From positions 1 through 56,591 of the forward strand of contig CAOJZZ010000004.1 of the NCBI GenBank assembly GCA_948466315.1: a stretch of 56,591 bases of DNA, written 5' to 3'. Position 1 is the stretch's first letter; every line of letters begins with the position of its first letter. Made by a program: the position numbers and the translations under genes. This document shows positions 31,797 through 42,800 of the stretch, in pieces. This DNA comes from an uncultured Mycoplasmatota bacterium (GTDB lineage Bacteria; Bacillota_I; Bacilli_A; RF39; UBA660). The notes under the pieces are model-generated. The model was given only the letters and a program-made list of their open reading frames with translations. It searched no databases and was not told the origin of the DNA.

Positions 31797-32954
31797 CTAA
31801 TTATTAAATAAAACTTTTTCAGATTTATATTGTTTAATAATATAACCTATAACTAATCCAATATAAACAAAAGTAGATAAAACCATCAAACTAATATAGA
31901 AATAATTAATACGATTGGCACTAACATCAGTAAAAATCTGTGTATAGTTTATAAAAGGTATAATAGCTAATATTGTACTTGTTTTTATATTAGTTAAAAA
32001 AGCAATAATTCCTGGAAAAAAACTAATAAAAGTAATAGGTGTAAGAGCACTCTGTGCCTCTTTAAAAGTTTTAGATTTAGAAGCAATCGCTATACAAAGA
32101 CCACTTATTAATAATGAATAACAAATAATAATAAAAATTGTAATAACAATAGTAGGTATATTAGGTATTATATTAATATCTTTATAAATATCAAAAGCTC
32201 CACCTGCATAAATCAAAGAAATAATAGCTAAGATAAAACTTAAAACTCCTGTAATAACAGATGATAATGAAACACTTAAGAACTTTCCTATGATAATATC
32301 CTTACTTTTTATAGGGAAGGTAAGAAGTGTCTCTAAAGTACCTCTTTCTTTTTCTCCAGCAGTAGTATCAGTAGCTGGATAAGTAGCAGAAATAGTAATT
32401 GCCATAATTACAAATAAAAAGGCATAACTGGTAACATAACTAGCATAAAAATTATCTTCTTCTTTTCCGATTTTTTTATAATCAATAGCCAAGATATTTA
32501 AAACCTTATTACTATCAATATGAACGTTTTCTAAATAATTGTTTTGTAAATAAACTTTATATTGGTTAAGAAACTCCTCAGCTACAGTAAGAGCTAAATT
32601 ACTTTTTTCCTTATTTTGATCATAATTAATCGTATAACTATCTTTATTTTTTGTGATATACAATGAGATTTTTTCTTCTTGACATAATTTTTTTAGTTTA
32701 GAATCCTCTTCTATTTTTACTTTAATATTATTATTTTTAGCTATTTCTTTTTCGATATCCGATAATTGATAATCAAATCCAATTGTAAATACCTGGTCAA
32801 CTCCTTTACTAACATTAGAATCAAATAATGCTGACATTCCAATAACTAATAAAGGAATCATAAAAGGCACAATTAACATCATAGCTAATGACTTTTTGTC
32901 GCGAAAAACTTCTCGTAATTCCTTTTTTAATACTAAAAATGTATTATTTTTCAT
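31797..32954 (-). CDS. ABC-2 permease, NatB-like
   Basis: KKELREVFRDKK, AGEKERGTLETLL. Confidence 0.88.
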   Translation of the reverse strand: MKNNTFLVLKKELREVFRDKKSLAMMLIVPFMIPLLVIGMSALFDSNVSKGVDQVFTIGFDYQLSDIEKEIAKNNNIKVKIEEDSKLKKLCQEEKISLYITKNKDSYTINYDQNKEKSNLALTVAEEFLNQYKVYLQNNYLENVHIDSNKVLNILAIDYKKIGKEEDNFYASYVTSYAFLFVIMAITISATYPATDTTAGEKERGTLETLLTFPIKSKDIIIGKFLSVSLSSVITGVLSFILAIISLIYAGGAFDIYKDINIIPNIPTIVITIFIIICYSLLISGLCIAIASKSKTFKEAQSALTPITFISFFPGIIAFLTNIKTSTILAIIPFINYTQIFTDVSANRINYFYISLMVLSTFVYIGLVIGYIIKQYKSEKVLFNN

Positions 32955-33702
32955 TATCAACACCTCCAATTAAGAAAAAGAAACTATCTCTTAAATTAGT
33001 AGTTTTAGTTTCCTTTTTTATTTGTTCTGGAGTACCACTTTTAATAACTTTCCCCTTATTAACCATAAAAACTAAATCACAAATATTTTCAGCTTCCTCC
33101 ATATAATGAGTAGAATAAAGAATAATTTTTTTCTTTTTCTTCTCTTTTTTGATAAAATCCAAAATAATTTGACTAGAAATAATATCTAAACCACTAGTAG
33201 CTTCATCTAATATATAGTATTTTGGATTATGAATTAAACACCTAGCAATATTAACACGTTGTGCTTGTCCCGTAGATAAATTTTCAATACGATTATATAA
33301 AAAACTCTCCATTTCCAAAGTTTTTGCTATTTCTTTAATTCTTTTTTCAATATCTTCACTAGGTACTTTATAAAATTCACAACACATTTTTAAAAGTTCA
33401 TATGCTGAAATAGATTTATATATTTTAGTATTACCTGAAAGATAAGCTATTTGCTGTTTAATTTGCAATTCGTTTTTTTGATAAGACATATTATCAAAGA
33501 AAATACTACCAGAAGTTGGATTTAGAATACCTCCAATCATTCGTAAAAGTGTCGTTTTACCAGCTCCATTAGGACCTAAAATACCAATAATTTGTCCATC
33601 ATGAGCCTCGAACGAAATATCATTAACAGCAAAAAATTCATTTGTCTTTTTACCATTAACTTGTTTTATAAATTTTTTCTTAAGATTTGTAACTTTAATC
33701 AT
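32944..33702 (-). CDS. ABC ATP-binding protein, NatA-like
   Basis: GPNGAGKTT, LSTGQ, ILDE, STH; start placed at MIKV after SD. Confidence 0.9.
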   Translation of the reverse strand: MIKVTNLKKKFIKQVNGKKTNEFFAVNDISFEAHDGQIIGILGPNGAGKTTLLRMIGGILNPTSGSIFFDNMSYQKNELQIKQQIAYLSGNTKIYKSISAYELLKMCCEFYKVPSEDIEKRIKEIAKTLEMESFLYNRIENLSTGQAQRVNIARCLIHNPKYYILDEATSGLDIISSQIILDFIKKEKKKKKIILYSTHYMEEAENICDLVFMVNKGKVIKSGTPEQIKKETKTTNLRDSFFFLIGGVDNEK

Positions 33703-33764
33703 ATTTTCTCCTTTACCAAATATCAAAAATATTGTATCATAGAATAAGAAGAAGGAGAAGTGAT

Positions 33765-34118
33765 ATGTTATTAATTGAGTATAAAAAATGTTCAACTTGT
33801 AAAAAGGCTAAAAGTTATCTTATTAATCATAAATTAAAATTTACACAAAGATGCATTATAGAAGAAACACCATCCAAAGAAGAGTTAAAAAAATGGAGTG
33901 AGCATTATCAAATACCACTTAAAAAGTTTTTTAATACTAGTGGTATAAAATATCGTGAATTAAACTTAAAAGAAAAACTTCCTAATATGACAGATGCTGA
34001 AAAACTAGAGATTCTCTCATCTGATGGAATGCTTATAAAAAGGCCTATTCTAATAACAGATAGTAAGCTCTATCTTGGTTTTAAAGAACAACAATGGCAA
34101 GAATTATTACAAAATTAA
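33765..34118 (+). CDS. ArsC/Spx-family (YusI-like) protein
   Basis: CSTCKKA, FFNTSG..YREL, MLIKRPIL. Confidence 0.9.
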   Translation: MLLIEYKKCSTCKKAKSYLINHKLKFTQRCIIEETPSKEELKKWSEHYQIPLKKFFNTSGIKYRELNLKEKLPNMTDAEKLEILSSDGMLIKRPILITDSKLYLGFKEQQWQELLQN

Positions 34119-34288
34119 ATTATTATAATTAATACTTTTATAAATAATTAATTATAAGTTATTAAAACTAACTATAATATTTAAATACTTTTTGTGTAAA
34201 AAAAACATAAAATTAATAAGAAACTAAATTTATAAAAATGTTCTATTAATTTGATATAGACACTTTTATATAAAAAAGGAGTATATGT

Positions 34289-35725
34289 ATGGATACAAAA
34301 AAGAATGAAAAAGATACTAATAATTTAAAAGATAAACAAGCAAAAGAATTATCAAATGAAAAAAAACAATCTCAATCTAAAAAGGGCATAGTAACTATTG
34401 TAATAGTTATAGCAGTTATTTTAACACTAGCCTTCTCAGTCTATAAATTTTATTTTGGCAACTCTAAAAAGATAATTACTAGTTCTATGGATAGTCTTTC
34501 TGGTAGATTAGAGAGTTTCTTAAAAGATAATAATGATGATTATGACTATGGAGAAAACTATACTGCTACAAGTAAACTAACAATAGATGCCTCAAGTGAA
34601 ATTTTAGATACTCTAGCAACCACAGCTCCAGAATATGAAATGTACAATAATATAATTAAAAATTTAAAGAAATTAGACACATCTATTATAACCTCACAAA
34701 GTAAAAAAGATAAAAAAATGTTAATGAAAATAGACAGTAAATTACAAGATGAAGATATTATTAATATTAATTATTTAGTACAAAATAATAAACAATACTA
34801 CTTAATAAAAGGATTATTCGATAATTATGTTGATGGTGGAGAAAATAAATACTTTGAAAATTTAGAAGAGAGTGCCTCAACTATCGAAGATATGCAATAC
34901 GTTTATGATTTAGCATTAGAATCGCTAAAGAAAAATTTAAAAGATGACTATTTTACTAATGAAAATGAGAAAATCAAGGTAAATGAAAAAGATGTTAATG
35001 CTAGAAAAGTTATTTTAACTATTGATAATAAAGCGGCAAAAGAATTAGCTCAAGCTATTTTAAAAGACTTGAAAAAATCAAAAAAAGCTACTAAAATTTT
35101 AGAAAAAGTAAACTCTAATTTTAAAGATGCTAAAGTAGAAGACGATACAGAAATATTTGGTGACGGTGAAAAAATTTGTTATATTGCTTATGTTGACAAA
35201 CTAACTTATAAAAACTTAATGCAAAAAATAGAAGTACATAATAGTAATGAGTCTTTTGCTATTGCGCATGAAGAAACAAATAATAAAGACCAAGATTCTT
35301 TAAATATTTATGAAAATGATAATTTAATTGGAATCATAAATGTAAAAGAGAAAAAAGATGGTTTCTTATTTGAATTATTAAATGATTCTAAACAAAGTAT
35401 TGGTACTCTAAACATTTCTAAAAAAGATCAAGAAACAACTACAAAACTTGATATTGATATAGAAGGTATGAAAATCACCTTTAATATAAACAGTACTAAA
35501 AAAGAAGTGAAAAAGTCTAAAGAATATAAAGTAGAATCAAAAATGGATTTAAAAGTAGAAAGTGAAGGAAGCGAAATTATAAGTCTTAAAATGGATGTTG
35601 ATAGTGATATAGTAACAGAGGTAAATATTAAAGAAGAAATTGATAACGCTACTAGTAATTCTTCCATCAATCAAGAAAAATTACAAGAATATATTATGGA
35701 TACCTTTTTTAAATTAGCAAGTTAA
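34289..35725 (+). CDS. Membrane-anchored hypothetical protein, paralog of 29518-31047
   Basis: Single TM; motifs shared with the paralog. Confidence 0.65.
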   Translation: MDTKKNEKDTNNLKDKQAKELSNEKKQSQSKKGIVTIVIVIAVILTLAFSVYKFYFGNSKKIITSSMDSLSGRLESFLKDNNDDYDYGENYTATSKLTIDASSEILDTLATTAPEYEMYNNIIKNLKKLDTSIITSQSKKDKKMLMKIDSKLQDEDIININYLVQNNKQYYLIKGLFDNYVDGGENKYFENLEESASTIEDMQYVYDLALESLKKNLKDDYFTNENEKIKVNEKDVNARKVILTIDNKAAKELAQAILKDLKKSKKATKILEKVNSNFKDAKVEDDTEIFGDGEKICYIAYVDKLTYKNLMQKIEVHNSNESFAIAHEETNNKDQDSLNIYENDNLIGIINVKEKKDGFLFELLNDSKQSIGTLNISKKDQETTTKLDIDIEGMKITFNINSTKKEVKKSKEYKVESKMDLKVESEGSEIISLKMDVDSDIVTEVNIKEEIDNATSNSSINQEKLQEYIMDTFFKLAS

Positions 35726-36829
35726 GAAAAGTAATTCTTTATCAAGTAGTGTTGGTATACCAAAAACTATATCAAATAAATTTGTATAAGAGTGTCAAAA
35801 TGATGCTCTTTTTATTTAGAAATACTATATTAAGTCCGATTTTATCAACTATAAGAATGTTAATGTTTCACTTTTATATTTTCTAGTAATTTATTAATAA
35901 TAGTACTAAAAAATATATATTATTATACTTTCTAATATGAATACTAAAGCTTATTCTAGACTTGAAGCAAAAAAAATTAGTTAAAATTTTATTAATCAGG
36001 AAGTTATAATAACTAAGATTATGTTTTTAATTGTGATCATTCTATGCTTTGTTATTATTTTTATAAAGAACCCAAAGTATTATTGAATCTCTTTAAAAAA
36101 GACTAGTAACACTAATAAAAGTAAATCTCTTATCAACTCTAGTATTGATCTTCTAAGAATATGGCTACTTATTTTATTCCCTATAAGATAAGTAATATAA
36201 CTACTTCAATCATAACTTTTCTATTATAGGTTCAATACTAACAATAACTTATATGGTAGTAGTTCTAATTTTAGTCCATAAAAAAACGCCCCACAGACAT
36301 TTAATTTAAATTAAAATAATAATTAAAAGGTACAAAATGGTGCTTTTATTTTTATATGAATTTTTACTTATTTTTGATGATAATTTATTCATAAATGTAT
36401 CTGCTTTACGAAGATAAAGTATTAAAGTTATTTACCCTTTATTACACTAAATATACTATAATTTAACTCTTTTATCAATTGTTTTGTCGTTATAATTAAA
36501 TTTTTTTCATATTTTTTTATAAACTTTATTTAGAAACTATTTATTTAATAGTCATATTTTGGTCTTAGTAAGAATTATATAGGTATAAGTGTATTTAAAA
36601 TTAATAAAAATATAAAAATATTAAACCAGTCAATTTATTAGTCAAAATATTATAAAATATAAATTTAAAGTAAAAACTTATAAAAAATCATAAAGCAGAT
36701 ACCTTTGTGATTTTTTTTAGGCTTTATATTAATTTATTAATGCTTTTTTATCAATATAATTCTAGTTTCTATATAACTAGACAAATAACAAAAAATAATT
36801 ATTAGTTTATTTATACGAGGAATGATTTA

Positions 36830-37891
36830 ATGGAAAAAAATAATTTATATGTTAGAAAAAATATACATCATACAACAGTAACACTTTTAGTAACTTCATT
36901 AGTAGCAGTACTTGTAATTTTTATTAGTATAGGCTATTCTGCTATTAATGCTAGTTTAATGGTAACAGGAGATTTAGAGTATGAAGCAGGTGAAGAATTA
37001 TATAGTATAATAGCAAAATCTTCAAAAGGATTAGATACTAATATTGATTTTGGTGTTGTTCCTACAGCAGATACCTCAGGAGTATATAAAATGAATAGTA
37101 CCAATAGTGATAAATATCCAGTATATTATTACCGTGGAATAGTAGCTAATAATAACGTTAAATTTGCAGGCTTTTGTTGGAAGATAGTAAGAACAACAGA
37201 TACTGGTGGAATAAAACTTATTTATAATGGTACACCTAGTGATGGAAGTTGTAATAATACAGGAGAAGTAAGTCAGATAGAAAAAAGTACTTTTAATAGT
37301 TATAAAAATGAAGCTAAAGATATTAAACATTGTGGCTATACATATGATACAAATACAGATTCCACAATAAAATCCTATATAGATAACTGGTATTCTAAGA
37401 ATATGGTAAGCTATACTAGTATGTTAGAAGACACAGTATGGTGTAATGATAGAAGTATATCTAAAACATCGACTTATATTATAACTTATGGAGGCGCAGT
37501 AAGAAATTTTGAATTACCATATAGACCAAGTATAATCTGTCCAAATGCAAGTGATAGATATACAGTAAGTAGTAGTATAGGAAATGGATTATTAAAATAT
37601 CCCGTAGCGTTATTAACAGCCGATGAAGCAAAGTTAACAGGAAATCACTTTAGTGAATCATCAAGTGGATATCTTCATACTGGTTTATCGTGGTGGACAA
37701 TGACGCCTTACAACTCAAGCACCTACTTCAACTATAGTCAAATGATAGTCGTGTACTCTACTGGCTACATAAACAGTTACGACGTGTATCATTCGTACGG
37801 CGTCCGTCCAGCGTTATCTTTGAAGCTTGGAACTAGGATATCTAGTGGAGATGGGAGTTACTCCAATCCATATCAAGTTATAGGTGGATGA
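36830..37891 (+). CDS. Surface protein with C-terminal CLec-type (GVRP) domain; candidate DGR target, copy B
   Basis: Close paralog of 21824-22870; most divergent in the WW...GVRP segment, which is NNC-rich. Confidence 0.75.
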   Translation: MEKNNLYVRKNIHHTTVTLLVTSLVAVLVIFISIGYSAINASLMVTGDLEYEAGEELYSIIAKSSKGLDTNIDFGVVPTADTSGVYKMNSTNSDKYPVYYYRGIVANNNVKFAGFCWKIVRTTDTGGIKLIYNGTPSDGSCNNTGEVSQIEKSTFNSYKNEAKDIKHCGYTYDTNTDSTIKSYIDNWYSKNMVSYTSMLEDTVWCNDRSISKTSTYIITYGGAVRNFELPYRPSIICPNASDRYTVSSSIGNGLLKYPVALLTADEAKLTGNHFSESSSGYLHTGLSWWTMTPYNSSTYFNYSQMIVVYSTGYINSYDVYHSYGVRPALSLKLGTRISSGDGSYSNPYQVIGG

Positions 37892-38039
37892 TTAATCTAG
37901 TCCCACGCTTTTGACTTTCGCTTGAATCCCACGAAAACCCTTTCGTAAGGTTCAAATAAGTTAGAGAATATATAGCTAAACTGGATTTTTGATTTATTAC
38001 CCAATAATCAGTAGAACCAACTAAAAAGATTTTAATAAC

Positions 38040-38302
38040 TAATACTGAATTAACTATTATCTAAAAAATATAAAGTAAAAGATATAATTGCCTTTGCAGG
38101 AGGTGGCAAAATAATAGTACATCGAATAACTAGGGTCATTAAAAAAGATGGGAATATCTATTATAAAACTAAAGGAGACTTTAATAAAAAAGAAGATGAT
38201 TTCCTTGTAAATAGTAAATTAGTTATAGGACAGGAAAAATTTAGAATATTATTTCTTGGAATACCAGCAGTTACTATAAATAAACTTTTACAAAAACTAT
38301 AA
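38040..38302 (+). pseudogene. SipW-type signal peptidase I 3' remnant
   Basis: KKYKVKDIIAFAGGGKIIVHRITRVIKKDGNIYYKTKGDFN...; N-terminus with the catalytic Ser is absent. Confidence 0.7.
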
Positions 38303-38380
38303 TTAGTTTTTATATAATTTGGGTCATTTTAGAGATAGAGAAATATTTACATTATAGAACATTTATTATAGAACCAAGAA

Positions 38381-38410
38381 GACATGTAAAGTCTTTTTTT
38401 TTCATATACT
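38381..38410 (+). promoter_or_regulatory. SigE-type mother-cell promoter of spoVD
   Basis: GACATGT-15 nt-CATATACT versus consensus about GtCATAt-15-CATAcanT; spoVD is SigE-controlled in B. subtilis. Confidence 0.6.
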
Positions 38411-38432
38411 CTAACTAGATAGAGGTGAAAAA

Positions 38433-39476
38433 ATGTTTTTTAAAAAGATTGATGAAAGAATAAAAGTATTATTTTTAATGATGTTATTATTGTTTGCTTT
38501 AGTTGTAGGAAGAGTTTTCTACATTCAAGTTATTGATTATAAAAAGCTAAATAAATATGCATCTAATTTGTGGAGTAGAGATTTACCAATAGAAGCTAAC
38601 AGAGGATTAATTAAGGACAGAAATGGAGTCGTTTTGGCCGATAACTTAACCACAACGAGTCTTGTATTAATTCCCAATCAAATAAAGAATAAAGATAAAA
38701 CAACTAAAGAATTAGCCGAAATATTAGGTGTAACTTATGATGAGATGAAAGAACATGTTTACAAAAAAGCATCAATTGAAAGAGTTCATCCTGAAGGAAG
38801 AAGATTATCTTATGATGTAGCAGAAAAAATATCAGCTTTGGAACTACCTGGTGTATATCTTGTAAAAGAAGCTAAGAGATATTATCCTTATGGTAATATG
38901 TTATCACATAGTCTAGGTTATGTTGGTATAGATAATCAAGGTCTATCAGGATTAGAATTAAAATATGATAAATATTTAACTGGAAAAAGTGGTGCTATTA
39001 AGTATTTTTCTGACGCCAAAGGTAATAAACTAAATTTATCAGAAATTTATGTTGAGCCTCAATCAGGTATGAATATAAATTTAACCATAGATATAAATAT
39101 CCAAAAATCCATAGAACGAGAACTAGATAATATTGTAGATATGTTCTCACCAGAAATGGCATTAGCTATTGTTATGAATCCCAAAACAGGGGAAATTTTA
39201 GGTATGGGTTCACGACCTGATTATGACCCTAATAAATATAAAGATTATTCTCAAGAAATACTAAGTCGTAACTTACCAATTTGGTCTTCTTATGAACCAG
39301 GTTCAACTTTCAAAGTAGTTACAATGGCTACAGCTGTAGAAGAGAAAGTAGTAGACTTAGAAAAGGATCATTTCTATGATGGGGGTAGTGTTAATGTAGA
39401 AGGTTCGGTATTAAAATGTTGGAAGGCAGGGGGGCATGGAGAACAAACATTTCTTCAGGTATTACAAAATTCTTGT
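38433..39476 (+). CDS. spoVD: SpoVD fragment 1 of 3 (codons 1-348: TM, PBP dimerisation domain, SxxK)
   Basis: RYYPYG...GYVGIDNQGLSGLE, YEPGSTFK, CWK.GGHG.QTFLQVLQNSC; similarity stops at the SCN motif. Confidence 0.92.
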
Positions 39477-39676
39477 AACCATGGGTTGTAGCAAAAGATA
39501 CTTTATTAATAGCAAAAAATCAATCATTATAACAATATTAAAGTATCTTGTTTTTATATTGGTAATTAGTTGATTTCATTAAGTAACATAAAATCATTAT
39601 ACTAATTTTAAAATGCTTTCTAAATTAATACTTAAGATATTATCACAGATTAATCATACAACAAACTATCAAAATA

Positions 39677-39832
39677 TTGACAAAATGAATTAATTATGAT
39701 ATAATATGCCCACATAATGAAAGTACAGCAAGCATATAATATAATTGATATGAAGGTGGTGTTTTTAAATTTTACAATAATTTAAAAAAATAACATTTTT
39801 ATCTTGCAAAATTTAAATTTATAGTGTATAAT
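39677..39832 (+). promoter_or_regulatory. Two SigA-type promoters for the element-1 cargo
   Basis: TTGACA-17-TATAAT with TG extension (39677-39705); TTGCAA-17-TATAAT (39804-39832). Confidence 0.7.
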
Positions 39833-39861
39833 ATGTACACAAAAAAGGGGGATATTTAATT

Positions 39862-42800
39862 ATGAAAAGAATAAAACTAGTTGTAGCAACTATGGTTTTA
39901 TTAGGCATAGTGTCTATAACAACAGGGGTAGGCTTACAATTAAAATTATCTAAGGAGAAAAATATAATCGAAACGACTCCTTATGGCTATTTAGCATATA
40001 ACACAGAAAAATATAGATATTTGTCTGATATAGAATATATAAAAGACAAAACATCTGTTGGTTGGGGAAATATTCTATTTGATAAGAATATTAATACTAA
40101 CATTAACAATGGATTAATAACAGTAAATATAGACGGTGAGAAAAAATCGTTTATGAAAGGGGTACTTGCTCATGCTACTTCTACAGTGGTTTATGATATA
40201 AGTTCCTATAATTATGATTACTTTACAGCATATCTAGGAGTAGATGCTAGTGCTGGGAATAACGGAAACGGGGTAAAATTCTTAATTTATACATCAAAGG
40301 ATGGTGAAAATTGGGATTTACAAACAGCTGCAAAACCACCAGTATTAAAAGGAACTAGTGAATCTATCTTTGTAAAAATAGATATCAAAGAGGCAAAATA
40401 CTTAAAATTATATGCACATAATAATGGTAATGATTCATCTGATCATGCAGTTTATGCAGATGCTAAATTAATCAAAGAAGATTATGTAGAAGATACTAGT
40501 AAAGTAGATTTTATAAAAACAGTAGCAGAATATGATGAAATAATTAAAAGTAAAAATATATCAGATCAATTAGCAACAAATGAATTAACAATTCTTCAAA
40601 GAGAATTTGTTAATAGTGTGGGGTATGATTTATTACAATCTTTTGTAAAATACAATGATGAAAATAAGGAAGCTATATCATGGTTAATGAATGATGTAGA
40701 AAACTTAAGATTATATATTGTTGGTGGAAAACCAGAGGGAAGTTATATAAACTCAATTAGAGTTTTAGCAGAATTACATAGTAAATATAAAGCAGATTTT
40801 GAAAATAAAGAAGTAACAAAGTATGGAACAGTATTAGGCGATTTATACAAGAAAATGGCTATTACACTATCTTTAACACACTCAAAACAAGTAGCTTTAT
40901 GGATGCAACCAAGTGCACCAGAGAATCAATCTAATGCAGTAGATCGTTATGCAATTTATAAAAAAATGCACAAAGATGGACATTTTGTAGCATCAGAAAG
41001 CTTAGATATTACTAAGTGGTTTGAAGAGTATAGTGTTGAAGAGATGAGATTTGTATTAAATAATATTATCGATGATGAAGAAATACTATGGTTAAATGAA
41101 TATACACAAAAACAAATGGATGCTCATCCAAAAGAAACATGGAAATATTTAACACCACACCCATATATGGCATATGTATGGCCAAACTATGCAAAAGAAG
41201 AATTTCATGATCCAGCAAGAAAGAATTACTGGGATGAGAAATTCGATGGAATATTCAGTAAATATAATGTAACATATAGAAAAGGATTATATAAAGTATG
41301 GATGAACTTTAGAAATGAGTTCGGAACAGGAGCTGTATGTGGTGGAATATCAAAAACAGGATCTAACATAAGAGCAGTACATGGTATACCAGCAGCTGTC
41401 ATTGGACAACCAGGACATGCAGCAATAGTTTACTATACAAAAGATGCCCAAGGAAGAGGATATTGGGGAATCGATAACGATGTAAGTGGATGGACCCAAT
41501 CAGAAAAAAGCGAAAGAATGCTATTAGGATGGGGAAATGCTTCTTATACTAAAGGATCTTATCAAGTTGTATATATGGCATTAGCTCAAGAAGTGCTAAA
41601 CGACTATTCAACATTCGAAAAAAGTAAGGAAATGGTTTTAGTAGGACAATCTTATAAAGGCGATTTAAGAAAACAAGAAGAAGCATATAGAAAAGCATTA
41701 GAAATTCAACCATTGAATATAGATGCTTGGTACGAGTTAATAAATGTATATAATGAAAGTGAAAATAAAACAGAAGAAGATTATTATAACTTAGCAAAAG
41801 AGTTAGCAGAAGAATTAAAATACTTCCCATTACCAATGTATCAATTAACAAACTTAATTAAACCAAAATTAACAAGTGTAGAAAGCTCTTATAAATTTAC
41901 ATTATTACAAACTAGAATTTTAAAAGAAGCAAGTGTAGTACCTAATAATACAACAGACAACTATTATGTATATCAACCATCAATAACAAGAACAGAGGCA
42001 AATTACTTATTAGGAATATTAGATAGCACAATAGCATCCTTCTCATTTGATGGTGAAGATGCAGGAAAAATTGTATTATCAAGCCGCTTTGATGGAAATG
42101 GAGTACGTTGGGACTATAGCCTAGATGGCAAGAATACATGGAAAGAAGTAGCGTTTACTGCTAATGAAGAACATAAATTAAAATTAACAGAAAAAGAACT
42201 TGAAAGTATAAGCGTAGATAATGATATTTATGTACATATAGTTGGAGTAAATTACAACGAAGAAAATCTTTATAAAATAGATATAAAAGAACAAAGCTTA
42301 CCATCAACTATTTATAATAATGATTTGGAAAATAAAGTAATTGGTGCAACTGATTATATGGAATGGAAAATGGTTAGTAATGTATCAACAGCAAAATCAA
42401 AAGCAAAAGCTAAATCAAGTAATGGTTGGACATCATTTAAAGATAGTAAACCAGACTTAACTGGAGATAAAACAGTATCTGTAAGATGTGGAAAACATGG
42501 TGTTTATTTAGAAAGTGAAGCTGTAACATTAGCTTACACAAAAGACGTAGTAGATGAAAAAAGAAAATATATTTCAATAGATCATCTATCAATTCACTCA
42601 GTATCTACTCAAGCAACTGCTCAAGGAAGACATGCCAAAAACGCAATCGACGGAAATATTTATACAAATTGGCATTCTGCTTGGAATGGAAGCGATAAAG
42701 AAAAATATATTGTAATTAAATTAGATGAAGTTAAAAAATTAACAGCTTTAGAATATCTTCCATTAGATGGTGGAAATGGAAAAATCAAAAATGCAGTTAT

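Noticed and set aside
35726-36546. Possible gene or ncRNA in the long AT-rich spacer
   Set aside because: Only short broken hydrophobic frames; nothing I can support
21824-37891. One GVRP gene serving as DGR template for the other
   Set aside because: Both are coding and neither is AAC-saturated; differences are not confined to adenines of one copy, and there is no RT in the window
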